Shown piece by piece: positions 18,837 to 28,811 of a DNA stretch of 64,000 nt. The stretch is from an uncultured Polyangiaceae bacterium (GTDB lineage: Bacteria > Myxococcota_A > Polyangia > Polyangiales > Polyangiaceae). The position numbers were made by a program, and so were the translations under genes. Each line of letters begins with the position of its first letter. Position 1 is the first letter of the stretch. A model generated the notes under the pieces. The model saw only the letters and a list, made by a program, of their open reading frames with translations. It had not been told where the DNA came from and ran no database searches. The DNA is taken from contig CAYNEY010000018.1 in NCBI GenBank assembly GCA_964396375.1, positions 38,979 to 102,978 on the forward strand, in the 5' to 3' direction.

Positions 18837-21800
18837 CTACACGTCAACCAGTTGCAGCAAGCCTTCGTTCTGGATCACCGAGCGGACAGCGCGCATGGAG
18901 GGGGGAACCGAGGGCATGAGCGTCGGCGGTAAGCTGCCCGCCCGCGCAGACTGGTCGAGCACCGCATCGAATGGGCCGAGCTTCGCGGCAATCGACTGGG
19001 TGAGCTGCGGGAAGGCCGCAGCCAAGCCGGTCGCAGCCGCGCTCGAGAAAACCGCGATCCCCCAGCTGATGGGGGACAGCGGTTGGCATCCGAAGAACTG
19101 CGAGAGGCCAGGGGTCTGGACGATGGCAGCCAGTGCGGCACTCGACACCAGACTGGTGGTGATGACCGGCCGCGTAAAACCGCCAGTGACCATGGTTTGC
19201 CCCAGTTGAGTTCCGACCAGCGCGAGGAGGCCCACCGAGCTTGCGCGCTCACTGCTTCCAAGGATTCTCGCCGCTGTCCAAGCCATGCCGGCGCCAAGGG
19301 CGGTCACCACCGAGCGGGTCGCGATCTGTCGATTGAGGGGCTGCGCCAGAGAGAGCTCGGGACCCTCATTGGCGAGCGCAGCCAGGGTGGCTGCGGACGG
19401 AGCACGCAAGGCGATGGCCATGGCGGGCGCGACGTCGGTGAGGAGGTTCACGAGCAAGAGCTGGCGCGGATTGAGCGGCGGTCGTCCATCGACCAACCCG
19501 GCGCCCAGCGTAAACACGATCTCCCCGAGGTTGCCACCGACCAGAATCGACACCGCCTCCCGCACGGAGGCCCACATCGCGCGCCCTTCGACCACGGCTG
19601 CGAGCACCGTTTCGATACGTGCCTCAGTGAGCACGATGTCCGCAGCACCACGGGCGGCGGTGGCGCTGTGCTCGCCGACCGCGATACCCACGTGGGCCAG
19701 ACGAATCGCGGCGGCGTCGTTGCTACCATCCCCGAGCATCCCCACCACATGCCCGGTGCGCTGCAATGCCCGTACGATTCGAGCCTTCTGCGAGGGGGTA
19801 ACCCGCGCAAAGACTGCTGTTTCGTCCAGCAAGGTATCCAGAGTATCGTCCGTCATCTCCAGCAGCTCGGCCCCAGACACCACACCTTGTCCAGGCGCAA
19901 CGATCCCGAGCTGCTCGGCGATCACAGCCGCCGTACGTGGGTGGTCACCAGTCACCATCACCACCCGCACCTTGGCACGTGAAAGCGCCTCCAGCGCCTC
20001 GCGCGCGCTCGGCCGAACCGGATCGCTGAAGGCCGCAACCCCAAGCAACGTCAGATCGGAGTAGATCCGCGGATCATCGGGCTCCGTCGGATTGAGGCGC
20101 TTCTCGCCGACCGCGAGCAACCGCAGTCCGCGCCCAGCCAACTCATCCAGCAGCAACTGCAATTTCTGCCTTCGCGCGGCATCGAAGGGCCGTTCTTCGC
20201 CGTCGACCACGATTCGAACCACCCGTGGAAGCAGTGCCTCCGGCGAGCCCTTGATCTCGAGCACACGGCTCTGATCAGAGAGTTCACCAATCACCACGTG
20301 GCACGCTCGCTCCGGCTCGAAGGGCAGTTCGGCGCGTCGTACGAAGTCGGGTGGTTCGAGTGCCACCCTGATCCGGTGCTGGTCTGCCGCTCGGGCCAGC
20401 GCAAGATCCGTCGGATCGTCTCGGGAAGTGCGGTACTTGGGATCGGGGGCCGCGCGCACCGCGGCGGTGATCAGGTGGTGCTCAGCCGGGCCAAACTCCT
20501 CGGAGAGCACGAAATGCTCACCGTCGCAGACACCGAGCAGGGCGATCTGTCCCTCGGTCACGGTCCCGGTCTTGTCGATGCACAAGACATCCACGCGCCC
20601 CAACGACTCGATCGAACGAGCGTTGCGCACCAAGGCGTTTTTCTGAGTGAGTCGACGCGCCGCGGCCAACTGAGCTGCGGTGGACAAGAGCGGCAACCCC
20701 TCGGGCACAGCGGCCACCGCCAGGCTAACCCCCGACGGAACCAGATGCTCGACCCGGCGGCCTCGGACCAACCCAGCAGCCACCAAACCCACCCCTGCGC
20801 CGAGTGCCACTGGCGCCGTAAGATCCACGAGCGAGCGCAGACGCTGCTCCACCCCATTTTGCACCGGAGGGCGCCTCAGGACCAAGGTACCGCGCGCCAC
20901 CTCGGTCTCCGGTCCCGCCGCCACCACCACCGCAGTAACGCGCCCCGCAGCGATAGCGCTCCCGGCGTACAGCATCGAGGCTCTATCCGCCAGAGATTCC
21001 TCGAAGGATGGGCGCGCCGTGCGCACGACTGGCAGTGACTCGCCAGTCAAGCTCGACATATCGACTTCCAATGACTCGGCGTGCAAAACCCGGCAGTCTG
21101 CAGGGACTTCCTCGCCGCTCATCAGTACCACAACGTCCCCAACGACCAGCTCGCTCGCGAGGATCTGTCGGATCTTGCCGTCGCGGTGGACGGTCGCCAT
21201 TGGCTCGTGATGCTCGGTCAATCGACGGATCTGGCGTTCGGTACGGAAGCGCTGGATCCCCCCGACCATGGCGTTTAGCACCACGACCGCTCCCACCAAC
21301 CCGGCGTCACCCAGCGAACCTGCCACCGCAGACAAACCAGCACCGGCGGCCAGTAGCGGCGCGAGCGGATTCCAGAGTTCATCCGCAATCATCTCGACGA
21401 GTTCGAGAGCCCCCGAACGATGAGTCACCCTGGCCGTGCTACGCCGCAACACTTCAGTCTGAGAGAGACCAAGCTCGGAGGTCCCGAGTCGGTGCATCAC
21501 TCCATGGGCGTCGAGGGCATGGTAGGGAGTCCTGGTGCGAAGCAGTTGCGCTGGTTGATGAGCAAGCGACCGAGCCGCCCGGAGCCCGTTGAACATCGAG
21601 ATCAGGGTTGCTGCGTTGACAACGGTAATCACCCGGCGTGAGCTGAGCGGAACCAGCCCGCCCGCAGAGACGATGGCGCCCATGCTGGCTGCGGCAAGCG
21701 CGATGTTGACGCTCTGTCGCGCAATCCGACGAGCGCCCACCACCGCCTCAATCAAGAAGCGCACGTCCGAGAGGTCATTCCGACACAGAAGGTGTGCCCC

Positions 21801-23435
21801 AAATGGCGCGGGCTGGTGCAGCTCGGAGAGCCCGATCCCGACATCCGCCGCGCACAGCACCCGGGGATCGGTGCGCGCCACGACGGCGACCACGCCACCC
21901 TGCGCCTGGTAGCGTTGCACCCACTCACAGACGTCCTGTCCAGGCGCGATGCGTTCGTCAAGAGCCACTTGATCGAGCACCGTGCGCCCATCATCGGCCA
22001 CGACCACGCGGAGCTCGGCGCGTTGGGCCGCGCTCACCAACTCCTCGAGACCAGTCTTCTGCTCTAGCTCCAGCGTACACAAGGCAACTCGGCGCCCCTC
22101 GAAGAACAACTGGAGCACCAGCGCTCCTTGCTGATGCAAGCGCGTGGCCACCTCGGTGAGCTGGTCAGGCTGACAGGCAAGACGACCCAGCGGTCCAATT
22201 TCGAAAGCTCCTTCTGCCTGCACGGCGAGAGGATGCTCGACGTCGAACAGCTCAAGCACATGTTTCTGTGCTTCCTCGGCCGAGAACTCACCGTCGACCA
22301 CCACCTCGAGCACGGAGAAGCCATCCTTCGGCAGGACGTCAGCTGCGATCAGCAGGCAGTCGACACGGTCCAGGCGCCGCAACGCCTCGGGCCTTACCAC
22401 CAGCACCTGACGCTCAGCCAGGTGATGCCCAAGACCTGCACTGAAGACGTCACGCCCGAGTCTCGCCGGTTTCGGGACTCCACCGAACAGAGCGGCCATC
22501 GCCCGCTGCAGGTTCCGGGTCATGAGGTAGCTGAGCGCAAAGCCACCGAGACTCACCATCCAGGCACGCTCTGCGTACTGCTCGATCGGTCCGTCAGGCA
22601 AGCTGGTGGGACGGAGCAGCTCGATCAGCTCAGCGTGCGAGGGAGGCGCCGGTGTGGCGTAGAGTTCCCCTTCCCGCACTTGCCAGGCGCGGTGGTGTGC
22701 ACGCGCCTCACGGAGCAACACGGCCTTGTGGACCACATCCACCAGCGCGGCGATACTGCGCTGTGAGAGACCATTGCCAAGAGCAATACCGAGACTCATC
22801 ACCAAGTCACTGCGCTCCGCACCGAGTCGGTCATCGAACCCACGGCGCAGCCACCCATTTGACTTGATGACACTGAGCACACTGGCCAGCGTTCCGGCGA
22901 GGCGTGAGGCGGGTAGGGGGCTCAGCCGCAAGGCACTGGCCACAATCAACGCCAGCGCGTCAGCGGCCAGCTCCGTCGAGAGACTGAGGAGCCGGTCGGT
23001 GTCACCTGGATGCGGCTCCGCCCGATCCGGAAAACAACTCGCCGCACACAGCGCGACGTGTTCGGCACTTTCGAGGGCGGCCTCGAGCCGAGCCAGATCG
23101 CGCTCACCCTCCTTCACCTTGACCACCACCCGACGCATCTGCGCGTCGAGTTGTGCCCACTCCACCTGCTCCAGCTTCTGGAACTGCTGGACCACTGCCT
23201 CCGCCAGCCAATCCATCTCGTGGGCGCGGAGCCGCCGCACCTCGAAGTGCACGCGGGAGGGTCCCACCGTGACGCGACGCTCTCTCGGCCCGAGCAGGGC
23301 CAGAGTACGGGCGATGGTCTCACGGAGCAGCATAGGCAAGAGGCTCGACGGGATTCTTATCCGAGAGTGGCCCAGTTGGCACGACTGAGAACACCTCTCC
23401 GGGTCCGAACCGCAGGCCAGCTCACCTGACCACAC
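18837..23435 (-). CDS. giant P-type ATPase: degenerate P1B-like N-terminal half fused to an intact P2-type cation pump
   Basis: The C-terminal ~900 aa carry every P-type motif: LTGESLPV, PEGLP, DKTGTVTEG, KGSPEAL, MVTGDHPRTA, GDGSNDAAAIRLAHVGIAVG. A GLSQTEVLRR Cation_ATPase_N-like entry is also present. The N-terminal ~630 aa are collinear with a P1B ATPase but have mutated catalytic motifs (see findings). The true start is possibly the internal Met at 23333 (MLLRETIARTL). Confidence 0.88.
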   Translation of the reverse strand: MWSGELACGSDPERCSQSCQLGHSRIRIPSSLLPMLLRETIARTLALLGPRERRVTVGPSRVHFEVRRLRAHEMDWLAEAVVQQFQKLEQVEWAQLDAQMRRVVVKVKEGERDLARLEAALESAEHVALCAASCFPDRAEPHPGDTDRLLSLSTELAADALALIVASALRLSPLPASRLAGTLASVLSVIKSNGWLRRGFDDRLGAERSDLVMSLGIALGNGLSQRSIAALVDVVHKAVLLREARAHHRAWQVREGELYATPAPPSHAELIELLRPTSLPDGPIEQYAERAWMVSLGGFALSYLMTRNLQRAMAALFGGVPKPARLGRDVFSAGLGHHLAERQVLVVRPEALRRLDRVDCLLIAADVLPKDGFSVLEVVVDGEFSAEEAQKHVLELFDVEHPLAVQAEGAFEIGPLGRLACQPDQLTEVATRLHQQGALVLQLFFEGRRVALCTLELEQKTGLEELVSAAQRAELRVVVADDGRTVLDQVALDERIAPGQDVCEWVQRYQAQGGVVAVVARTDPRVLCAADVGIGLSELHQPAPFGAHLLCRNDLSDVRFLIEAVVGARRIARQSVNIALAAASMGAIVSAGGLVPLSSRRVITVVNAATLISMFNGLRAARSLAHQPAQLLRTRTPYHALDAHGVMHRLGTSELGLSQTEVLRRSTARVTHRSGALELVEMIADELWNPLAPLLAAGAGLSAVAGSLGDAGLVGAVVVLNAMVGGIQRFRTERQIRRLTEHHEPMATVHRDGKIRQILASELVVGDVVVLMSGEEVPADCRVLHAESLEVDMSSLTGESLPVVRTARPSFEESLADRASMLYAGSAIAAGRVTAVVVAAGPETEVARGTLVLRRPPVQNGVEQRLRSLVDLTAPVALGAGVGLVAAGLVRGRRVEHLVPSGVSLAVAAVPEGLPLLSTAAQLAAARRLTQKNALVRNARSIESLGRVDVLCIDKTGTVTEGQIALLGVCDGEHFVLSEEFGPAEHHLITAAVRAAPDPKYRTSRDDPTDLALARAADQHRIRVALEPPDFVRRAELPFEPERACHVVIGELSDQSRVLEIKGSPEALLPRVVRIVVDGEERPFDAARRQKLQLLLDELAGRGLRLLAVGEKRLNPTEPDDPRIYSDLTLLGVAAFSDPVRPSAREALEALSRAKVRVVMVTGDHPRTAAVIAEQLGIVAPGQGVVSGAELLEMTDDTLDTLLDETAVFARVTPSQKARIVRALQRTGHVVGMLGDGSNDAAAIRLAHVGIAVGEHSATAARGAADIVLTEARIETVLAAVVEGRAMWASVREAVSILVGGNLGEIVFTLGAGLVDGRPPLNPRQLLLVNLLTDVAPAMAIALRAPSAATLAALANEGPELSLAQPLNRQIATRSVVTALGAGMAWTAARILGSSERASSVGLLALVGTQLGQTMVTGGFTRPVITTSLVSSAALAAIVQTPGLSQFFGCQPLSPISWGIAVFSSAAATGLAAAFPQLTQSIAAKLGPFDAVLDQSARAGSLPPTLMPSVPPSMRAVRSVIQNEGLLQLVDV

Positions 23436-23502
23436 ATTAGCAACGGTTTTTGTCGCTCGTTTTTTTGTTCAAGGTTGGTTTGCTCTCGCCGTTCACCGAA
23501 CC

Positions 23503-24372
23503 GTGGCAGTCTGGATGAACTCGAGAGTCTGCGGCGCCGCGCTCGGCGCGCTGCTCGGGTTCACGTCTTGGACCTCAGAAGCCGCGGACCTCATGCGTGC
23601 CCGAGTGGACACCGAGGTGCACTGGCCCGATGCCGAGGTCACCCTGACCGTCGATCCGTCGTTTCTCCTCCTGCCCTTCGCGGAGGAGGCCCTCGAGAAC
23701 GCCCTTCTGACTTGGCAGACCAACGTTCCACACCTGCCGCGAGTCCACATCAAGTACCCCGATCTCGCCCACCCCGAGCCGAGGGACGCTAAGGGAAACC
23801 GGATCTCGCTGGCCATGGGTTACGATCCCAATCTCAACGAAGCGCTCGCGATCACCATGGTGACGCGTGACTCGTCGACTGGGGTGATCTACGACGCGGA
23901 CATCATCGTCAGTCCATTCTACGCTTTCTGGGATCTGGCCGGTGTCGCGCCGGGAGGCTGTGGCGATTCCGAGCGCGACGACTGGGACTCGCCCCATGAT
24001 CCTTTACACGGGCCGGTCTACGACCTCCAAAATGTCCTCACCCATGAACTCGGACACTGGTTCGGCTTGCCTGAAGACTACGTAGACGCCGAACGAACGA
24101 TGTTTGCGTACGTCAATCCCGGTGAGCTGACGAAGCGTGACCTAGCCGAGCTCGACATCATCATGGCGATCGAGATCTACGAAAACGCCAGCTTTGGTAG
24201 CACCGAAGGCGCCTCCTGCTCGGTGAGCAGACCTACCAGTAGCCCACGATGGCTGATAGTGATGGGAACGGCGCTAGTACTGTGTGGGATGCATCGGCGC
24301 GGTCGTACTGTGTGGGATACATCGGCGCGGCCGTCCGCGCCCGGTCCCGCTTCCTTGAAACGGGACACTTGA
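23503..24372 (+). CDS. secreted zinc metalloprotease (HEXXH, matrixin/metzincin-like) with a Cys/helix/Arg C-terminal tail
   Basis: Signal peptide GAALGALLGFTSWTSEA, zinc site THELGHWFGLPEDY, and tail EGASCSVSRPTSSPRWLIVMGTALVLCGMHRRGR, which resembles a MYXO-CTERM variant. Confidence 0.8.
   Translation: MAVWMNSRVCGAALGALLGFTSWTSEAADLMRARVDTEVHWPDAEVTLTVDPSFLLLPFAEEALENALLTWQTNVPHLPRVHIKYPDLAHPEPRDAKGNRISLAMGYDPNLNEALAITMVTRDSSTGVIYDADIIVSPFYAFWDLAGVAPGGCGDSERDDWDSPHDPLHGPVYDLQNVLTHELGHWFGLPEDYVDAERTMFAYVNPGELTKRDLAELDIIMAIEIYENASFGSTEGASCSVSRPTSSPRWLIVMGTALVLCGMHRRGRTVWDTSARPSAPGPASLKRDT
24277..24332 (+). repeat. 28-bp tandem direct duplication (2 mismatches) inside the 3' end of the metalloprotease gene
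   Basis: gtactgtgtgggatGcatcggcgcggTc (24277..24304) is followed immediately by gtactgtgtgggatAcatcggcgcggCc (24305..24332). Confidence 0.85.
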
Positions 24373-26220
24373 TTACATCCAGAGCGCGGGCTCCGCTCGG
24401 GGTCCGGGCCGCCCAAGCAGCATCAGTGCCCGCACCACCACGCCCCCCACCGTCAGAAGCAGGGTAAGGGCCAGCAGCTGTTCGGTCACGCTCTCGAGCC
24501 ACCCCAGCGCGAACCGCATCGTCACCCGTGACCACAGCTCAGTGGTTGCCATCAGGCCGAAGGTGGCAAAAAGTCCCCATGTTGCCATCAGCGAGCGGAG
24601 TTCGCGGTGGTTTGGTCGCCTGGCAACACGCCGCAGTCCTTCGAGGATAAGGTAGAGTGCCGCTGCTTTGCCGAGCAACAAGACCGCCCCCAGCAGTTGA
24701 GCGAGCACACTTTCTGGTGCGAGCACCATCGCGAGACCTGGAATATTCGTTCCTCCCATGGCAACCAGTGCGAAAACCATCACCTCGATGCCCCGGCGCA
24801 CACGCTCCAAAAGTTCGATCACGGGTCCCGGCGCGTGAGCCCCACTGAGCACCCGGGATGAAAGGCCTATCTCGGGGATCAGCGCTGCAAGAGTCAGCAA
24901 CCCCAGACCAAACAGTCCAGGATCATGGAAAAGGAGCCAACCAGAGGAGATGCGATGCTGCGCCGCAGCCAGTTCACTCACGTCGAAGGAGCTTGCTTCA
25001 AGCCCGATCATCAAGAGAAATCCCAGCCAGGGCACCCGCAGCAAGAACGCTGCCAACGCCCCATGTAAGGCGCTTTTGAGCCTCGTACCCTGATTGTGCC
25101 ATCCGAGGATCACAGCGCTGGTCACAAACGACACGGTGCAGGTAAGCGCGAGCAGCGGAACGTCCAGCTCCCGCTTCACCAACTCTAAACGGAGCGCGAG
25201 CGCCACCGTGAGCAAACTGAGACCAATCGAAGTGAGCACCTGCAGCAAACCGAAGACGCTCTTTTTGTCCGCTGACGCGACCTTCACACTTCCACGTCGG
25301 CGAAGTCGGTGCCAACTCCACCATCGCGACCGAGGAGCGTGTGTGCCGTCGGCTGCAAGTCGAGCGGCAATCGCCGATGCCAAGCGGTTGAGCGGGCTGT
25401 GCAGGGGACCAAGAGCGATCACCACCCAGAGCAGCGTGCCCATCACCAGTCCGAGCGCGCGTCTGAGCTCGCTCGGGGCCACGTGCTGGAACCCTTGGAC
25501 GTCGATGTCTCGCACCGTGGCTGGACCGGCGCCGTGACTGCGCAAGCCAAGCTTGGCAACCGGCGCTTCACCGGCGACAATGAGGTCGGTTGGCTCCGCG
25601 ACATTGACCCCATCCAAGCTGAGGAGCTGATCGTCGGGCATCACCCCCGCGAGAGCCGCACGGCCGGTGGCGGCAGCCACGAAACAGCAGCCGCGAGTCC
25701 CGGGATCGGCCAGCGTGATACCCAAGAACTCGAGAGCACGGGCAGCCTCGACGTCACGCTGTCGAAGGAGTACCGGGGAGGGAAGGGGCGCCGTGACGTC
25801 GAGCACCACGTCGGACAAAACACCGCTCTTGACCTCGCGCCCGGTCTTCTCGGACACGAACCGAACCTGCAGGTTTCCCCGAAACGTGGTGTGGATCCCT
25901 TCACCGGCAGATCCAGTGAAAACACGATTCAACCCCTGCGAGAAGTCGAGCACCACCAGCCGGTTGGTCTTGGCCCGTCCGCGCGCCACCACCCGCACCC
26001 CGCGCTGTTTCGGCTGACCGGGACGGTGAAGATCTCCCTCGAAGATCACCTCGACTGGAGTTGATTCAGGAAAGCCGCTGCCCAAAACCTCGAGCTGATC
26101 CTCCGGTCCCACTCGCTTCGGGCTGATGTCCGTCACCGCCATCAGGCTCGGCCCACGGTGTTCGGGAGCACAGCCTGTGAGCACGAAGAGGATGAACGGC
26201 AGAAACCAGAGTCTCGGCAC
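24373..26220 (-). CDS. multi-pass membrane lipoprotein with a periplasmic N-terminal domain (PDZ-like segment)
   Basis: The GTG at 26220 gives VPRLWFLPFILFVLTGC, a lipobox LTGC. The track ORF start at 26382 would overlap the divergent GH130 gene. A soluble region of about 300 aa includes LSLDGVNVAEPTDLIVAG, which is PDZ-like. At least 8 hydrophobic helices follow. Confidence 0.65.
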   Translation of the reverse strand: MPRLWFLPFILFVLTGCAPEHRGPSLMAVTDISPKRVGPEDQLEVLGSGFPESTPVEVIFEGDLHRPGQPKQRGVRVVARGRAKTNRLVVLDFSQGLNRVFTGSAGEGIHTTFRGNLQVRFVSEKTGREVKSGVLSDVVLDVTAPLPSPVLLRQRDVEAARALEFLGITLADPGTRGCCFVAAATGRAALAGVMPDDQLLSLDGVNVAEPTDLIVAGEAPVAKLGLRSHGAGPATVRDIDVQGFQHVAPSELRRALGLVMGTLLWVVIALGPLHSPLNRLASAIAARLAADGTHAPRSRWWSWHRLRRRGSVKVASADKKSVFGLLQVLTSIGLSLLTVALALRLELVKRELDVPLLALTCTVSFVTSAVILGWHNQGTRLKSALHGALAAFLLRVPWLGFLLMIGLEASSFDVSELAAAQHRISSGWLLFHDPGLFGLGLLTLAALIPEIGLSSRVLSGAHAPGPVIELLERVRRGIEVMVFALVAMGGTNIPGLAMVLAPESVLAQLLGAVLLLGKAAALYLILEGLRRVARRPNHRELRSLMATWGLFATFGLMATTELWSRVTMRFALGWLESVTEQLLALTLLLTVGGVVVRALMLLGRPGPRAEPALWM

Positions 26221-26317
26221 CCCCCTTCCATAACGCCCGGCCCACGGTTCTGGCGAGAATTCGGACGTTTGCCTTGGCTCTTGTCCCGCACAAGGACTTT
26301 CTTCATCCTGCCTGCCG

Positions 26318-27502
26318 ATGAACGACTCTCTTTTCCGGTCCCGCTTGGCCCAGCTGGAGGCCAGCTTCGCGCGCCTCACCACCCTCAGAAATCAGGTTGA
26401 CGAGAGCTTCACGAGTGGCTGGTACGAGCGCTACCAGCATCCCGTCCTCACCGCCGACCATGTACCCCTCGACTGGCGGTTTGATCTCGACGAGCGGACC
26501 AATCCATTGCTCCTCGAACGGTTGGGCATCAACGCCGTCTTCAACTCGGGAGCCTTCGAGCACCAGGGCAAGCTCTGCCTCATCTGCCGGGTCGAGGGCT
26601 TCGATCGTAAATCGTTCTTCGCTATTGCCGAGAGCGAATCTGGTGTCGATGGGTTCCGTTTCTGGCCGGAGCCGGTGGTCTTGCCCCAGACACCCGATCC
26701 AGACGTGAACGTGTACGACATGCGAGTCACGCGTCATGAAGACGGCTATGCCTACGGGCTATTCTGCACGGAGCGCCGCGATCCCAACGCCGCACCCCAC
26801 GATCTCTCGGCAGCCGTGGCGGCCTGTGGGATCGCGCGGACCCGGGATTTCGTCACCTGGGAGCGCCTCCCGGATCTGGTCTCGAAGAGTCCGCAGCAGC
26901 GCAATGTGGTTCTCCACCCAAGGTTCGTCTCGGGACGCTACGCACTCTACACCCGACCCCAGGACGGCTTCATCGAGACTGGCTCGGGTGGCGGCATCGC
27001 TTGGGCGCTGTGTGACGACATCACCCACGCGACCATCGATGAAGAACGGGTCATCGATCCGCGCCGCTACCACACCATCAATGAGGTAAAAAACGGGATG
27101 GGGGCCCCACCGCTCGAGACTGAGCTCGGCTGGCTCCACATCGCACACGGTGTTCGGAACACGGCCGCAGGCCTGCGCTACGTGCTGTACGCATTCTTGT
27201 GCGACAAGCAGCAACCGTGGCGAGTCACCCACCGACCCTCTGGATACTTCCTCGCGCCCCAGGGACCAGAGAGGATCGGCGACGTCTCCAATGTGGTGTT
27301 CTCGAATGGTGTGGTGGCACGCTCCGACGGCCATGTCTTCATCTACTACGGCTCGTCTGACACTCGCATGCACGTGGCCACCACCACCCTCGAGCGGCTG
27401 CTCGCCTACGTGACTCAAACCCCCGAAGATCCTGAATACTCACACTTGTGTGTGGCTCAGCGTCGGGCCCTGATCGAGAAGAACCGAAAGCTTGTCCGGT
27501 AG
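26318..27502 (+). CDS. GH130 glycoside phosphorylase (4-O-beta-D-mannosyl-D-glucose / beta-1,4-mannoside phosphorylase type)
   Basis: Collinear over its full length with my recollection of Bacteroides GH130 mannosylglucose phosphorylase: [113 protein letters not shown]. Confidence 0.88.
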   Translation: MNDSLFRSRLAQLEASFARLTTLRNQVDESFTSGWYERYQHPVLTADHVPLDWRFDLDERTNPLLLERLGINAVFNSGAFEHQGKLCLICRVEGFDRKSFFAIAESESGVDGFRFWPEPVVLPQTPDPDVNVYDMRVTRHEDGYAYGLFCTERRDPNAAPHDLSAAVAACGIARTRDFVTWERLPDLVSKSPQQRNVVLHPRFVSGRYALYTRPQDGFIETGSGGGIAWALCDDITHATIDEERVIDPRRYHTINEVKNGMGAPPLETELGWLHIAHGVRNTAAGLRYVLYAFLCDKQQPWRVTHRPSGYFLAPQGPERIGDVSNVVFSNGVVARSDGHVFIYYGSSDTRMHVATTTLERLLAYVTQTPEDPEYSHLCVAQRRALIEKNRKLVR

Positions 27503-27513
27503 CCCTAACGCAA

Positions 27514-27548
27514 CCAAGCCGCCACCCCATGACAGGGTGACGGCTTGG
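27514..27548. terminator. hairpin between convergent GH130 and fba genes (candidate bidirectional terminator)
   Basis: ccaagccgCcaccc-catgaca-gggtgAcggcttgg forms a 13-bp stem with one mismatch. A second hairpin ccgagc-acga-gctcgg follows at about 27554..27569. The flanking T-tracts are weak. Confidence 0.45.
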
Positions 27549-27577
27549 ATCGGGGCCGAGCACGAGCTCGGTTGCGC

Positions 27578-28579
27578 TCAACCGTGACCAGCGGAGCCGA
27601 GAACTGCCTCGTTCTTGTGCTTGTAGAGTTCCTTCAGCGCGTCGCGAGCCGGACCCAGGTACTTGCGTGGGTCGAACTCGGCCGGCTTCTCGACGAACAC
27701 CCGGCGTACGGCCGCGGTCATCGCCAGACGACCATCAGAGTCGATGTTGATCTTGCAGACAGCACTCTTCGCGGCACGCCGGAGTTGCTCCTCCGGGATC
27801 CCCACCGCGTCCTTCAGGGCACCGCCGTGACTGTTGATGAGGTGCACCTGATCCATCGGCACCGAGGAGGACCCATGCAAGACGATCGGGAAGCCGGGAA
27901 GCCGCTTCTCGATCTCCTCGAGAATATCGAACCGGAGGGGCGGGGGGACCAGCACACCATCGGCGTTCTTGGTGCACTGCGCAGGCGTGAACTTGTTCGC
28001 ACCATGCGAGGTTCCGATCGAGATCGCGAGACTGTCGACCCCCGTCCTCTTCACGAAGTCCTCCACCTCATCCGGTTGGGTGTAGGTGCTCTTCTCAGCC
28101 ACCACGTCATCTTCGATCCCGGCCAGAACACCGAGCTCACCCTCGACCGTCACGTCACGCTCATGCGCGTACTCCACCACCTGCCGCGTGATCTCGATGT
28201 TCTTCTCGTAGGGATGGTGGGAGCCGTCGATCATGACCGATGAGAACCCAAAATCGATGCAATCACGGCAAAGCTCTACGGTATCGCCGTGGTCGAGGTG
28301 GAGCGCAATGGGAATGCCGGCGCCCTTCGTGAGCTCCTTTGCGTATTCCACAGCACCCTGCGCCATGTACCGGAGCAGGGTCTGGTTCGCGTACTTGCGC
28401 GCGCCAGAGGACACCTGCAAAATCACAGGTGAGCGGGTCTCCGAACAGGCCTGGATGATGGCCTGGAGCTGCTCCATGTTGTTGAAGTTGTAGGCCGGGA
28501 CGGCGTACTTGCCTTCGATCGCCTTTTTGAACATCTCCCTGGTGTTCACCAGGCCAAGCTGCTTGTAACTGATTGCCAT
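27578..28579 (-). CDS. fba: class II fructose-1,6-bisphosphate aldolase
   Basis: The protein begins MAISYKQLGLVNTREMFKKAIEGKYAVPAYNFNNMEQLQAIIQA. Other matches are HLDHG, the IDGSH region and SIGTSHG. The 127-aa Arg/Pro-rich N-terminal extension in the track ORF (to 28960) is rejected, so the ATG at 28579 is used. Confidence 0.9.
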   Translation of the reverse strand: MAISYKQLGLVNTREMFKKAIEGKYAVPAYNFNNMEQLQAIIQACSETRSPVILQVSSGARKYANQTLLRYMAQGAVEYAKELTKGAGIPIALHLDHGDTVELCRDCIDFGFSSVMIDGSHHPYEKNIEITRQVVEYAHERDVTVEGELGVLAGIEDDVVAEKSTYTQPDEVEDFVKRTGVDSLAISIGTSHGANKFTPAQCTKNADGVLVPPPLRFDILEEIEKRLPGFPIVLHGSSSVPMDQVHLINSHGGALKDAVGIPEEQLRRAAKSAVCKINIDSDGRLAMTAAVRRVFVEKPAEFDPRKYLGPARDALKELYKHKNEAVLGSAGHG

Positions 28580-28811
28580 GATCGGTACCTCGGGGAAACG
28601 GGGCGGGGGAACGCGACGCCTGAAAGGAGGCGGCGCCCGCCGGCGCAAACTAGGCGCAACCAGAAGAGGTGGCAAACGCAGATTCTGCGCCCAACGGGAT
28701 TTCAGCTCTGCGCTGGCCGTTCGAACCGGGACAAGACCATTGCCAGCGCGGCGACGACGCCAGCCACCCCTGCCACACCGACTTATCAGGCGGCCGGTAG
28801 TGCTTCGCCAG

